A stretch of 64,000 nt of DNA from Longimicrobiales bacterium (GCA_965226375.1 CBDDCX010000008.1:352001-416000); one strand, 5' to 3'; shown: positions 7,784-18,247, counted from the first letter of the stretch. A program made the numbers and translations. Notes: generated by a model not told the origin, from the letters alone.

Positions 7784-9991
7784 CTACCGTGACAGTAGGT
7801 AGGTGAATTTCAACAACACTTGCCGGTCCCGGACTTCGGAGAGGCCCGACGGGTCCCTCCGCACTTCGTCGAAGACCAGGTAGATATCGCTGCCGGGGCG
7901 ATAGATGTAGTTGAAGCGAGCGCTCGTGCTCCACTGCTCCGACAAGGAGTTGTACTGCGTAACCGTCCGTATCGTCATCTTCGGCGAGAGCGCGAAGTCA
8001 ATGCGTATCGACGCGAGCTCCGCCACGAAGTCACCGGCGGGCAGGTCGACATCGTTCCTCGTGTACTTTCCTTCTGTCGAAAGGCGGTTGGTCAGTCGCA
8101 AGCCCAGAGTCGCGCTTACGTCCGTTCGGTCGCCGTCGTAGAACGTCTGGGGTTTGTATTGAAGGCTGGTGTAGAGACGACGTGACGGATCGCTCGTCAA
8201 CCAGAATTGCCACTCACCAAAGTTGTAGTCTCCGGGTGCGATGATCACGTCAGGCCGGAGGACGAACGGCTCATCGAGCCGCTCGAAGTAGTCGTTGTAC
8301 CAGACGATGAAATAGGCCCCGTTGTCCATCCGGACCCCGATCATGTTGTGGATCCGCCGCGACAGGAGCCGATTATTCTGGTCCGTGGTGTACGTCACGT
8401 TAGCCATGGGCTCGAGCACCCGGATGCCCCAGCGATCGGGCCTTGGATTCCATTCGAGGTGAACCCTGGTCTTGCGAATCCCGATCCTGGGCACGAAGCC
8501 GACCTCAGGATTGAAGTTCTCCTGAAGGTTGGAGTATTCGATGTGGGCCTGGGAGGACTGGTTAAGCCACTCGGCGCGGAAGTGCCCACCCACGTCGTTG
8601 CCCGAGACCCCCGAAGAAGATGTCTTCGCGATGAATCCGTTCATCGCCAAGCTCGGGTGGGGCGCTAGCACGAAATCGGCGCCGAAGGTCCGATTGAAGT
8701 GGTCGCCGCCGACCTCTTCCTTATTGATGACGATGGCGCCGACTTTCGAGCGTGTGAGTATGTCGCGGCTGTAGCGCGCCACCAGGAAGTTCTCGCCGTT
8801 GCGCCCGAACGCGTCGTCGGTCTGAATATCCATGACGGCGATGTTGTTGCGGCCCACCTTACCGGTCAGCCGCGCTCCGCCGAGGATGGGAATCGCATCA
8901 CCGGTGTCCGACAGGCCGATGCGCCGGCTGAAGAACAGGTCGGCGATGCGCTGGAACGTGTTCGTGGTGCCGACGTTGAACTGTCCGGCGTTCTCCAGGA
9001 AGAACTCCCGCTTCTCGGGCAGGAACAGGGCAAAGCGGGTGAGGTTGATCTGCTCGTCGTCCACCTCGGCCTGAGCAAAGTCGGTGTTGACCGTAAGATC
9101 CAGATTGAGTCCGGCTGTCACGCCGTACTTCACGTCGAGGCCCACGTCGCCTTGGCTGGACGTGGTGACGACGTCGTCTTCCGATATCCGACGACCCCCA
9201 CCCACTAAGAACGGCTTGATCCTGAGGTCGAGTCCGCGGTTCAGTGAACGAAGTCCTTGAAGGTCACCGGCCAAGCTCACGCGGGTCAGAGTGTAGGGCT
9301 TGGGGATCGGCGCCCAGAACACCTGCTCGTTCTTACGCCGGATGTTGCGCATGAAGTTGACACCCCAGCTCTGCTGGTCGTTCTCGGGAAATCGGAGTGT
9401 GACCAGGGGGATGGCGATTTCAGCGGTCCAGCCGTCGGGGGTCTGTCTGGTCGCAACGTGCCAGACCCCGTTCCAATCGCGATTGATGTTGGACGAGAGA
9501 CCAAAGGTGCGTCCCTCTCCCTCTTCGAAGACCTGCTGCTCGAGCTTCGCACCCAGAGGGCTCGTCACGAACATGTAGCCCGAGCGGGAGTCTTCAAAGG
9601 TGTCGAGGATGATCTGGAAGTTGTCCTCGTCCAGAATCCGCGGAGAGTCTCGCCGCATCTCGGTCGCGATGATCCCGGCCGGGTCGGAGTCGAACGCCTG
9701 GACCCCTATGTAGAGATTGCTCTCGTCGTATAGGAGGCGGACCTCGGTTCGCTCTGTGGCCGCGGCGCCCTCGTCGGGCTCCTGCTGGATGAACGCGTCG
9801 ATGAGCGCTGCATTGCCCCAGACCCCGTCGGACAGGTCGCCGTCGATGTCCGGTCCCTGCTCGACACGGACCGCCTGGGCCTGATGGGCCCCGTTGGTCT
9901 GCTGGGCTGAGAGGGGGAGGGCGGTGGTGCTGGTAAGGGCCGCGATAGTGCTGAGCAGAAGGGCGCTGAGGCTCGAGGGAAATATGCTCAC
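7784..9991 (-). CDS. CBM9-like domain + DUF5916-type outer-membrane protein
   Basis: 735-aa ORF with signal peptide; DIDGDLSD..W, TEVRLLYD, WTAEIAIP, NTDFAQAEVD, NLTRFALFLPEKREFFLE; C-terminal KFTYL. Confidence 0.82.
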   Translation of the reverse strand: MSIFPSSLSALLLSTIAALTSTTALPLSAQQTNGAHQAQAVRVEQGPDIDGDLSDGVWGNAALIDAFIQQEPDEGAAATERTEVRLLYDESNLYIGVQAFDSDPAGIIATEMRRDSPRILDEDNFQIILDTFEDSRSGYMFVTSPLGAKLEQQVFEEGEGRTFGLSSNINRDWNGVWHVATRQTPDGWTAEIAIPLVTLRFPENDQQSWGVNFMRNIRRKNEQVFWAPIPKPYTLTRVSLAGDLQGLRSLNRGLDLRIKPFLVGGGRRISEDDVVTTSSQGDVGLDVKYGVTAGLNLDLTVNTDFAQAEVDDEQINLTRFALFLPEKREFFLENAGQFNVGTTNTFQRIADLFFSRRIGLSDTGDAIPILGGARLTGKVGRNNIAVMDIQTDDAFGRNGENFLVARYSRDILTRSKVGAIVINKEEVGGDHFNRTFGADFVLAPHPSLAMNGFIAKTSSSGVSGNDVGGHFRAEWLNQSSQAHIEYSNLQENFNPEVGFVPRIGIRKTRVHLEWNPRPDRWGIRVLEPMANVTYTTDQNNRLLSRRIHNMIGVRMDNGAYFIVWYNDYFERLDEPFVLRPDVIIAPGDYNFGEWQFWLTSDPSRRLYTSLQYKPQTFYDGDRTDVSATLGLRLTNRLSTEGKYTRNDVDLPAGDFVAELASIRIDFALSPKMTIRTVTQYNSLSEQWSTSARFNYIYRPGSDIYLVFDEVRRDPSGLSEVRDRQVLLKFTYLLSR

Positions 9992-10064
9992 GAGATGGGA
10001 CCTCTCGGATCGTTCTAGGCTCTGGTTCCGTCAACCGAAAACCTCACCGATAGGGGTGGCTCGG

Positions 10065-10370
10065 TCAACGCCTCCGGGAGGCGGGTGGGTCGGCTCGGAT
10101 CGGCACTGACGGTCCAGAGGGCGCGTTTGCCGAGGATGCATCATCCCCAGCCTCGAACGCCCGAACGAAGACGGACGATGGGATGTCGACCTCACGCTTG
10201 TCGCGGGCACCGCTGGTCGAGTAATCGGGCTCGACGCCGTGGAGCCGGTTCTGTTGTCGCATCGCCTCGAGTCTTGCGCCCAACGTCGAGGATCGAGCCG
10301 TCCGGAGCCTCGGTGATCCGGACCACATCAGCATCACAAGACAGCCGCCAAGACGTTTCCGCGGTGGCGC
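10065..10370 (-). pseudogene. Remnant of DUF222/HNH endonuclease-like gene
   Basis: AETSWRLSCDADVVRITEAPDGSILDVGRKTR resembles the DUF222 C-terminus. It is joined out of frame near 10270 to a tail QNRLHGVEPDY..REVDIP..RAFEA; no HNH core and no N-terminus. Confidence 0.6.
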
Positions 10371-10406
10371 CATACGTATACTTGCTTCGTGATCGTACGT
10401 ACGGCC

Positions 10407-12089
10407 CTACCGCGTACTCTCCCCAGAGCTCCGCGCCGGTGACCGACACTCCGGCCACTCCGCCCCGTCCGCCATCACCCGCCGATCCCTCGGCATACGC
10501 TCCGGATCCTCCGACGCCAGATACACCAGCATGGCCGTCATCACCGCGTCGTCCCGCAGATCCTCGAAGATGATCTTGTCGAACGAGTCGCGGTTCGTGT
10601 GCCACGTGTAGATGCTCGTATCCCACCGGTTGGTGCCCATGGGGAGGTCATCGCTCCGGCCCGCGCCCACGTGGAAGCTGAACGCCGGCACACCTGCGCA
10701 CACGAACGACGCGTGGTCGGTTCCGCCCGACTCGGGGCTCCCCGGAATCTCCAGGGTGACCTGATCGGCATACTCGCTCGGTACGCGGGCGAGCCAATCG
10801 CCGAAGTACCCACCGGCCGCGACGAAGCCCTGCATCGGTATGAAGGTGATTGGCCCCGTCCCGTGATCCGAGTTGAACACGGCATGCGTGCGCTCCAGGA
10901 TCTCGGGGTGGTCCTCCACGAACGCCCGAGATCCGTTCAGGCCTTGTTCCTCGCCGTTCCAGAGCGCGCCGATGATCGTCCGGCGTGGATTGGGGACCGC
11001 GGCCTTCAGGATGCGCATAGCCTCCATGACGGCGACCGAGCCGGTCCCGTTGTCGAGCGTTCCCGAGGAGCCGTCCCATGAGTCGTAATGACCGCCCAAG
11101 ATCACGAATTCCTCCGGCTGGGCAGAGCCCTGGATCCGGGCGATCGTGTTGTAGACGGGCACCTCGCCCAGGAAGCGGGCCTCCGCGTTGACGCGCAGCA
11201 CGGGCTCCTGACCGTTCTCGGCGAGCCGATATATCAACCCGTACGCTTCACAACTCAGGTCGAACACGGGCGCCCGCTCCGCCCGCGTGCCGAAGATCTT
11301 GTTGACGCCCCAACCGGCCGACCATTGCGATCGGATGACCCCGGCGGCTCCGGCCGCCTCGAGTCGCTCGGGCAGCACGCGCCGGTCGACGCCCGTGTTC
11401 TCCTCGCGCTCGCGCCACGCGGCCACGGCTGCCTCCCGCTCCTCGGTCATACGCTTGAGCGTCCCGGGCCGGGCGAACCACTCCAGGTTGTCCTGCGGTC
11501 TGCAGCTCGTCTCCGGGCGGGAGATCAGCACGAACTTGCCGCGCACCTCGGGCAGCCACGCCTCGAACGCCTCGGGGCTGCCCGCCTCGGCCGAGTCCCG
11601 GCCGCCCGCCTCCCGGCCCCCCGCGTCCGGGCTCCCTACGTCGGCCAGGATCACCACGCCCGCCTCTACCGACCCGTCGGTCGCGGGACTCCACGCGGCC
11701 GCCATGCCCTCGAGCGACCGCACCCGCGGAGAAACCAGATCGATGTGGCTGATCCCACGCTCCCAGCTTCGCCAGGTACCATATTGCTCCTTGGTCGCCT
11801 CGATACCCCACTCGCCGTACTTGGCCACGGCCCAATCGTTGGCCCGGGCCATGCCGGGGGATCCCGTGAGGCGCGGCCCGATCGAATCCATCATCACCTG
11901 GCCCAACTCGTAGACCTGCGAGCGCTCCACCCCTTCCTCCCAGATCGCTCGGATGACGGGATCGTCGGACGGGAAGGACTGTGCGGCAGCCGTCTGGGTC
12001 GTGCCCATTTGTGACGGAGTAGCCGGAGCAGCCAGGGTGGAGAGGGACGCCAGCGAGCACGCGAACAGGACTCGGACCGAGGGCCTCAT
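10407..12089 (-). CDS. M28 family metallopeptidase (carboxypeptidase Q-like), secreted
   Basis: IGPRLTGSPG, GGHYDSWD, DNGTGS, NGEEQGLNGS, GTDHASF, WHTNRD; ATG 12089 preceded by GGAGG. Confidence 0.9.
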   Translation of the reverse strand: MRPSVRVLFACSLASLSTLAAPATPSQMGTTQTAAAQSFPSDDPVIRAIWEEGVERSQVYELGQVMMDSIGPRLTGSPGMARANDWAVAKYGEWGIEATKEQYGTWRSWERGISHIDLVSPRVRSLEGMAAAWSPATDGSVEAGVVILADVGSPDAGGREAGGRDSAEAGSPEAFEAWLPEVRGKFVLISRPETSCRPQDNLEWFARPGTLKRMTEEREAAVAAWREREENTGVDRRVLPERLEAAGAAGVIRSQWSAGWGVNKIFGTRAERAPVFDLSCEAYGLIYRLAENGQEPVLRVNAEARFLGEVPVYNTIARIQGSAQPEEFVILGGHYDSWDGSSGTLDNGTGSVAVMEAMRILKAAVPNPRRTIIGALWNGEEQGLNGSRAFVEDHPEILERTHAVFNSDHGTGPITFIPMQGFVAAGGYFGDWLARVPSEYADQVTLEIPGSPESGGTDHASFVCAGVPAFSFHVGAGRSDDLPMGTNRWDTSIYTWHTNRDSFDKIIFEDLRDDAVMTAMLVYLASEDPERMPRDRRVMADGAEWPECRSPARSSGESTR

Positions 12090-12294
12090 GGATGCCTCCG
12101 TGAGAGGGTTGGGGCGACGCGAGTGGGGCCGAGCCGATCGCGGGCGACACCATTCGGGCCTGGAGGAAACTAGGGGTGGCGGCGGACCTGGGACACCGCG
12201 CGACGGGGTTGGAGCCGATCCCCCGTTGCATCTTCTCGTCTCACCCCCAACTCTGTCCTTTCGACGCTCACGCAGCCTGAACCCCGGATTCCCC

Positions 12295-13059
12295 ATGCGT
12301 CTCGAAGGCCAACGTGCCCTCGTCACAGGCGGATCGCGCAGCATCGGCCGAGGCCTCGCTCTGGGCCTCGCCCGCGAAGGCGCCGATGTGGCCGTCAACT
12401 TCAAGAGCAGCCGGGAGGACGCCGAGAGCGCCGTCCGCGAGATCGAGGCGTTGGGGCGGCGTGCCACAGCCGTACAGGGCTCCACGGACTCACAGGCCGA
12501 CGTCGAACGGTTCGTCGCACAGGCTGCTGACTTTCTGGGCGGCATCGACCTGTTGGTGAACAACGCGGGCATCCTGAAGCGGACCCCGCTCCTCGACATC
12601 AGCGAGGAGGATTGGGACGCCGTTCTGGACGTCAACCTGAAGGGTTACTTCCTCGTCGGCCAAGCAGTGGCGCGCCGCATGGTCGAGGCCGAGACGCTCG
12701 GCGCCATCGTGAACGTGTCGTCCGCGGGACAGGCAGTGGCCGCCCCCAACCTCACGCACTACTGCGTCGCGAAGGCCGGCGTCGAGATGCTCACCAAGCA
12801 GATGGCGCTCGAGCTCGCACCCCACAAGATCCGGGTCAACTCGATCGCGCCGGGGCTCATCGAGACAGACCTGAACCGCGCCGACCTCGCTCGGGACGAG
12901 TTTCGCGAGCGCCGACTCGCGCGGATCCCACTCAAGGAGATCGGCGTCCCCGAGGACCTCGTAGGTGCTGTAGTGTTTCTCGCGTCGAACGAGGAGGCGC
13001 GCTTGGTGACGGGCGCCTCACTGTTCATCGACGCCGGCCAGACGATCTGGGGTGCGTAG
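12295..13059 (+). CDS. Short-chain dehydrogenase/reductase (glucose 1-dehydrogenase/FabG-like)
   Basis: TGGSRSIG, VNNAG, YCVAK, RVNSIAPG; overlaps the start of dctP. Confidence 0.92.
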   Translation: MRLEGQRALVTGGSRSIGRGLALGLAREGADVAVNFKSSREDAESAVREIEALGRRATAVQGSTDSQADVERFVAQAADFLGGIDLLVNNAGILKRTPLLDISEEDWDAVLDVNLKGYFLVGQAVARRMVEAETLGAIVNVSSAGQAVAAPNLTHYCVAKAGVEMLTKQMALELAPHKIRVNSIAPGLIETDLNRADLARDEFRERRLARIPLKEIGVPEDLVGAVVFLASNEEARLVTGASLFIDAGQTIWGA

Positions 13060-14092
13060 AGCCTGTTCACTGCTGACCATCCTCGCGGTGGCGGCATGCG
13101 GGGATCCAAGGGCGGGCGCTTCGGACTCGGCCACATGGAGCGTTCGCCTCTCCCACGTCCTTTCGAGCAGCTCGGAGCTCCACCTCATGGCGGAACGCTT
13201 TCGAGACCTCATGCTCGAGCGGACCGACGGGAACTTCCAGGTCGGCATCTACCCGTCGGGACAACTCGGGGGCGAGCGTGTAGCGTTCGAGCAGATCCAG
13301 GTCGGCGCAGTGCACATGGCCATCTCCGGCACCCCTGTGCTTTCGGGTTGGGTCCCCGAAGGACAGATGTTCGACCTCCCATTCCTTTTCGAAACCCGGG
13401 ACCACGGTCTCGCCGTCATGAACGGTCCCATCGGAGACTGGTGGAGAGATCTTCTGCTGGAGCGCACCGGCGTTCGTTCCCTGGGTTTCCTCGATTACGG
13501 CTTCCGCCACGTCTACAACAAGCGGCGAGCCGTCGAGACCCCGGCGGACCTCGACGGCCTCAAGCTCCGCGTCCTTCAGAACGCGACCTATCTGGCTGCC
13601 TATTCGGCGCTGGGCGTCCAGGCCACGCCAATGAACTACGGCGAGGTTTACTCCGCTCTCCAGCAAGGCGTGATCGACGGCGGGGAAGCCAACCCCATCG
13701 GCTTCGTGAGCAGCCGGCTCTACGAGGTGGCCAAGTTCTACAGCTTCACGTCGATCACCTACAACCCGATCACGTTCCTCGTGAACGAGCCGTTCTATCA
13801 GTCGCTCCCGGGCGACATCCGGGACGCCATCGACGAGTCGGCCAGCGAAGCCCTCGCCTACCAGAGCCAGGTTGCTCGCCGGATGGAGACGGATGCCCTG
13901 GAACAGATGCGCGCGAACGACGTTGAGATCTCCCGCCCGGATGTCGCGCCGTTCCTGCCGGCTGTGCGCCCGCGGGTTTGGGACGAGCTGGCGCGTCGGC
14001 TGCCGAACGGGGCGACGCTGATCGCGAGGCTTGTGGAAGCGGTGGGGCGGGCGCCGGTCGGGCCTGGTCGGCCTGGAGTGGCTCAGCCGTGA
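13052..14092 (+). CDS. dctP: TRAP transporter substrate-binding protein (lipoprotein)
   Basis: YPSGQLGGE, FDLPFLF, DLDGLKLRV, EVYSALQQGVIDGGE; lipobox VAAC. Confidence 0.92.
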   Translation: MRRACSLLTILAVAACGDPRAGASDSATWSVRLSHVLSSSSELHLMAERFRDLMLERTDGNFQVGIYPSGQLGGERVAFEQIQVGAVHMAISGTPVLSGWVPEGQMFDLPFLFETRDHGLAVMNGPIGDWWRDLLLERTGVRSLGFLDYGFRHVYNKRRAVETPADLDGLKLRVLQNATYLAAYSALGVQATPMNYGEVYSALQQGVIDGGEANPIGFVSSRLYEVAKFYSFTSITYNPITFLVNEPFYQSLPGDIRDAIDESASEALAYQSQVARRMETDALEQMRANDVEISRPDVAPFLPAVRPRVWDELARRLPNGATLIARLVEAVGRAPVGPGRPGVAQP

Positions 14093-14664
14093 TGCAGCGG
14101 CTGCGAGCGCTCAACCGAATCCTGGTCTCCGCCGAGACCGTCGCCGCCGGCTGCCTGGTCGTGGCCGTCTCGGCAGTGGTCCTTCTCCAGGTCTTGATGC
14201 GATATCTGTTCGCGTATCCCAACCCCTGGAGTGAAGAGGTCTCACGCTTCTGCTTCATCTGGGCGTCCATGCTTGGCGCATCGCTGGCGGTGGAGCACGG
14301 GGCCCACTTCGGGTTCGACCAGGTCACGAAGGGCTTGGCTCGCGGAGTACGGTCCGCGGTGGAGACGTTCGCGACGGCGGTGGTGCTGATCTTCTCAGTG
14401 GTCCTCGTCGTTACGGGCATCGCCCTCATGGCCCTCACGGTGGGGGAGCGCTCTTCGGCCTTGAATCTCCCGGTCGCTTTGGTGTACGCGGCGGTTCCGG
14501 TCTCTGGGGCGTTAATGGTGATCCACCTGCTCGCTGGATACGTAAGGCCGGAGGATGGCGGGGATCCGGGGCCGCAGCACGGGCCGACGGGGCTGACCGG
14601 GTCGAGCGGGCGGACAGGGTTGGCGGGGTCGACGGACCGTCCGCCCACTGAGACGACCACCTGA
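14092..14664 (+). CDS. dctQ: TRAP transporter small permease
   Basis: QVLMRY..WSEEVSR..H motif, four TM segments; TGATG overlaps with both neighbours. Confidence 0.9.
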   Translation: MQRLRALNRILVSAETVAAGCLVVAVSAVVLLQVLMRYLFAYPNPWSEEVSRFCFIWASMLGASLAVEHGAHFGFDQVTKGLARGVRSAVETFATAVVLIFSVVLVVTGIALMALTVGERSSALNLPVALVYAAVPVSGALMVIHLLAGYVRPEDGGDPGPQHGPTGLTGSSGRTGLAGSTDRPPTETTT

Positions 14665-15938
14665 TGGGCGTCCTCCTCCTAGGTACATTCGGCACCCTGG
14701 TCCTGGCCGCCGTTCCCATCGGCTTTGCCCTGGCGACCGCCGCCAGCATCGCGGTCGTTGTGGCCGACCTCCCACTCATCATCATCCCGCAGCAGATCGT
14801 TGCGGGCATGGACTCCTTCCCGATGCTCGCCGTACCGCTCTTTATCCTGGCGGGTTTCCTCATGGACGTGGGCGGGATCAGCCGGCGCCTCGTGACGCTG
14901 GCTAGCTCTCTCGTGGGACACCTCCCCGGGGGACTCGGCCAGGTCGTCATCATGGCCGAGATCTTCTTCTCCGGTGTGTCGGGCTCGACCTCCGCGGACG
15001 CGGCGGCCGTCGGTGGCATCATGGTTCCGCAACTCACGGCCAACGGCTACAGCCGGGCGCGTGCCACGGCCATCGTCTCGGCCGCGTGTGGGATGGGGAT
15101 CCTCATTCCGCCCGCTATCGTCATGGTGGTCTACGGGGTCATCGGTAACGTCTCCGTGGGTGCCTTGTTCGTGGCCTCGATCGCGCCCGCCGCCCTGATC
15201 GCCGTAGGCCTGATGACGCAGATCGGGTGGCAGGCCCGCAGGGAAGGGTGGCCGTCGGCGGAGCGCGCATCGCTCGCCGAGGTGCGACACGCGGCCATCG
15301 ATGCCGTGCTGCCCCTCTTCATGATCGTGGTCATCCTTGGGGGCATCCGCTTCGGCCTGTTCACTCCCACCGAAGCCGCGGCCGTCGCGGTCGCGTATGC
15401 CCTGCTCCTGGCCGGGCCGGTGTATCGAGCGCTACCGGCGGCGGAGCTGTGGAACAAGATCGTCCAGACCGCCATGGTGTCGGGGATGGTCTTGTTCGTG
15501 GTGGGTGCCGCGAGGCTACTGGGATGGGTGCTCGCCGTGATGCAAGTTCCGCAGGCGCTGGCATCCTCGGTGGTGGGGTTGGGAGGGGGCCAGGCGGGCT
15601 TCATGCTCCTCACCATCCTCATCTTCCTCCCCCTCGGCGCCATCCTCGAAGGCGTGCCGGCGGTCGTCCTGCTGACGCCGATCCTTCTGCCCCTGGCGCG
15701 ACAGCTCGGCATCGACCCTGTGCACTACGGCACCGTGATCGTGGCGACCCAGGGAATCTCCGTCTTCCTACCGCCGGTGGGCGTGAGTCTGCTGGTGGCC
15801 TGCTCGGTGGGAGGTGTGGAGCCGGCCGAGGTCGCCCGTCCTCTTTGGCCGTACCTGGCCCTCATGTTGGTGCTCACGGTGGTCATCGCGTTCGTGCCGG
15901 GGGTGGTGTTGTTCCTTCCGAGGCTGCTCGGGTACTGA
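14664..15938 (+). CDS. dctM: TRAP transporter large permease
   Basis: LAVPLFILAG, SGVSGSTSADAAA, ILIPP, FTPTEAA, GIDPVHYG, PPVG. Confidence 0.93.
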   Translation: MGVLLLGTFGTLVLAAVPIGFALATAASIAVVVADLPLIIIPQQIVAGMDSFPMLAVPLFILAGFLMDVGGISRRLVTLASSLVGHLPGGLGQVVIMAEIFFSGVSGSTSADAAAVGGIMVPQLTANGYSRARATAIVSAACGMGILIPPAIVMVVYGVIGNVSVGALFVASIAPAALIAVGLMTQIGWQARREGWPSAERASLAEVRHAAIDAVLPLFMIVVILGGIRFGLFTPTEAAAVAVAYALLLAGPVYRALPAAELWNKIVQTAMVSGMVLFVVGAARLLGWVLAVMQVPQALASSVVGLGGGQAGFMLLTILIFLPLGAILEGVPAVVLLTPILLPLARQLGIDPVHYGTVIVATQGISVFLPPVGVSLLVACSVGGVEPAEVARPLWPYLALMLVLTVVIAFVPGVVLFLPRLLGY

Positions 15939-16066
15939 GCGCTTGCCGCTACCGGCCTGGGGACGCACTCTGATTCGCGTTTGGGTCGCGACCCGATGCA
16001 ACGTCGATGTGGCTGGGAGGAAGATGTCCGACGATCATGAGCGTCGGGCCCCAATTGCGAGGGATC

Positions 16067-17296
16067 ATGGAACGTCACGCTTTTCGCCGCAGTCGGTGGA
16101 CAATACTCACGGCCGCCACCCTCGGTCTCCTAGTTACGGCAGCGCCCCTGGTTGCGCAGGCCGGTGCGGCCGACCTGGCCAACATCCACGTTACGGCGCG
16201 CCACAACTTCCAGGTCGTCCCGGTGGCGGAGGACCTGGATCACCCCTGGTCCATGGCCTGGCTCCCCAGCGGGGAGATGCTCATCGTGGAGCGCCCGGGC
16301 CGACTCCGGATCATGCGGGACGGGCAGCTCGATCCGAACCCCATTACAGGCTGGCCGGCGGTCTATAGGCAGCGTGGCCAGGGAGGGTTCATGGACATCG
16401 TCCCTCATCCCGACTTCGCCACGAACCGCCTGCTCTATCTGAGCTATGGAAAACCGAACGAAGACGGCTCGATGGGCACGACCACCGTCGTGCGGGGACG
16501 CCTCGAGGGTGATCACGTGGAGGACGTGCAGGAGATCTTCGAGGCGGATGCCTGGTACGACAACAACAACCATTTCTCCGGACGGATGGTGTTCGACCAC
16601 GACGGATATGTTTTCCTGGCGGTCGGCGATCGCATGCTCGATCCCGACCTCCTCGCCGACCACCCGGCGCAGGATCCCACGAACCACATGGGCACCATCG
16701 TCCGGCTGCACGACGACGGTAGCGTCCCCTCGGACAACCCATTTGTCGGCCGTGACGATGCCCTCGCGGAGATCTGGGGTTACGGGCATCGCAACATGCA
16801 GGGCTTGACTGTGCATCCGGAGACGGGAGAGGTCTGGTCGAGCGAACATGGACCCAGGGGGGGCGACGAGTTGAACCTCATCGTTCCCGGGCGAAACTAC
16901 GGTTGGCCCGTCGTCTCCCATGGCATCCACTACGACGGACGGGTCATCACGATGGAGGAGGGCAGGCCGGGCATGGAGTCCCCTCGATTCGTTTGGGTGC
17001 CCTCGATCGGCACGTCGGGCCTGACGTTCTACTCAGGTGATCAGTTCCCGTGGTGGAGGGGCAACGCTTTCGCGGGGGGCATGGTGGGAGAACAACTAGC
17101 GAGGGTCTCACTCTCGGATGGCGTCGCCATGAGTGTGGAGACACTGCTCGACGGCGCGCTGGGGCGCATCAGGGATGTCCGCGAGGGACCGGACGGCTAC
17201 ATCTACCTGGCCCTCGAAAGTGAGCGAGGTGCGTCGCCGCTGTCCGACGTGGTACGGCTGGAGCCGTGGGTGACGGATGTCGCCCCTCCGCGCTAG
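16067..17296 (+). CDS. PQQ-dependent sugar dehydrogenase (soluble aldose dehydrogenase/YliI-like)
   Basis: LDHPWSMAWLP, GQGGFMDIVPHPDF, YGHRNMQG, EHGPRGGDELN, GRIRDVREGPDG; signal peptide. Confidence 0.92.
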   Translation: MERHAFRRSRWTILTAATLGLLVTAAPLVAQAGAADLANIHVTARHNFQVVPVAEDLDHPWSMAWLPSGEMLIVERPGRLRIMRDGQLDPNPITGWPAVYRQRGQGGFMDIVPHPDFATNRLLYLSYGKPNEDGSMGTTTVVRGRLEGDHVEDVQEIFEADAWYDNNNHFSGRMVFDHDGYVFLAVGDRMLDPDLLADHPAQDPTNHMGTIVRLHDDGSVPSDNPFVGRDDALAEIWGYGHRNMQGLTVHPETGEVWSSEHGPRGGDELNLIVPGRNYGWPVVSHGIHYDGRVITMEEGRPGMESPRFVWVPSIGTSGLTFYSGDQFPWWRGNAFAGGMVGEQLARVSLSDGVAMSVETLLDGALGRIRDVREGPDGYIYLALESERGASPLSDVVRLEPWVTDVAPPR

Positions 17297-17329
17297 CGAG
17301 CGACAGGATCTCGGGGGGGTGGGTGTAGT

Positions 17330-17355
17330 TGAAACCCCGCGGCGTCCCCGGCGTA
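17330..17355 (+). promoter_or_regulatory. Candidate ECF-sigma promoter
   Basis: TGAAAC-N16-CGTA, about 40 nt upstream of ATG 17396. Confidence 0.4.
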
Positions 17356-17395
17356 GAAACAAACGCACCAAGTCGTACAAAGATCTCGGAGCCCA

Positions 17396-18247
17396 ATGGC
17401 TACTCGACGACCCATCGCGTCGCTCATTCTGACGCTGGCGCTTCTATTCTGGCCCGCCGCGCAGGCTCGGGCCCAGACCATTCAGGGTATCATCCTCGAC
17501 GATGTATCGGGGCGCCCTATCGAAGAGGCTGTGGTGGACCTGGTGGACGCGGATGATCGCATCCTTGGCCAGGACGTGACCGACGTGAACGGGTGGTTCT
17601 CCATCCCGGTTCCCGACAGTGACACCTACCAGCTCAGCGTTGGAGGTCTGGGATACATGCCAACCCTGTCGACCGAGTTTTCGTTGCAGCCGGGGCAAAA
17701 CATGGGAGCCCAGCTTCGCCTGGAGGTCAACCCCGTTAGTCTCGCCCCGATCGAAGCGGTGGTCGAGGGCGGGATCGAGATAGGACTCGAACTCGTCGGC
17801 TTTTACCACCGCCGCAATATCGGGTTCGGTACCGTGCGGACTCCGGAGTTCTTCGAGGAAAATCCTCCGCTCGATTTCGGGGACGTGTTCAGGGGCATCA
17901 ACGGGATCAAGTTGGTTCAGCCGACGGCGTTCGCGGATCTCGAGATTCTCTCTGCCCGTCGGTTGTTCGGGGACATCTGTCGCCCGAGCATCAGCATCGA
18001 CCGCGTCGTCGTGCAGAGGGGAGAGCGCCTATCACGGCTGAGCGTAACCCTTTCGGACCTGGAGCGGTCCGTCGGCGGAGGCGGCGACGTGAAGCGCTCC
18101 TTCTGGCAGGACCTCATCAGCGTGCGGGAGATCGCGGCTGTCGAGGTCTACCCGGGTCAGGGCGGCTTGCCGAGCTGGGCATCCGGGGAGGTCAGCCCGT
18201 GTGGTGCGGTCCTGTTTTGGACGAAGGGCTACGTCTCCACGAGGTGA
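17396..18247 (+). CDS. Secreted protein with carboxypeptidase regulatory-like domain and TonB-plug-like C-terminus
   Basis: Signal peptide; TIQGIILDDVSGRPI..TDVNGWF; IAAVEVY..CGAVLFWTK. Confidence 0.75.
   Translation: MATRRPIASLILTLALLFWPAAQARAQTIQGIILDDVSGRPIEEAVVDLVDADDRILGQDVTDVNGWFSIPVPDSDTYQLSVGGLGYMPTLSTEFSLQPGQNMGAQLRLEVNPVSLAPIEAVVEGGIEIGLELVGFYHRRNIGFGTVRTPEFFEENPPLDFGDVFRGINGIKLVQPTAFADLEILSARRLFGDICRPSISIDRVVVQRGERLSRLSVTLSDLERSVGGGGDVKRSFWQDLISVREIAAVEVYPGQGGLPSWASGEVSPCGAVLFWTKGYVSTR

Noticed and set aside
11953..12635. Long overlapping N-terminal extensions of the M28 and SDR ORFs in the track
   Set aside because: Family motifs place the starts at 12089 (-, with RBS and signal peptide) and 12295 (+), leaving a normal divergent intergenic region.
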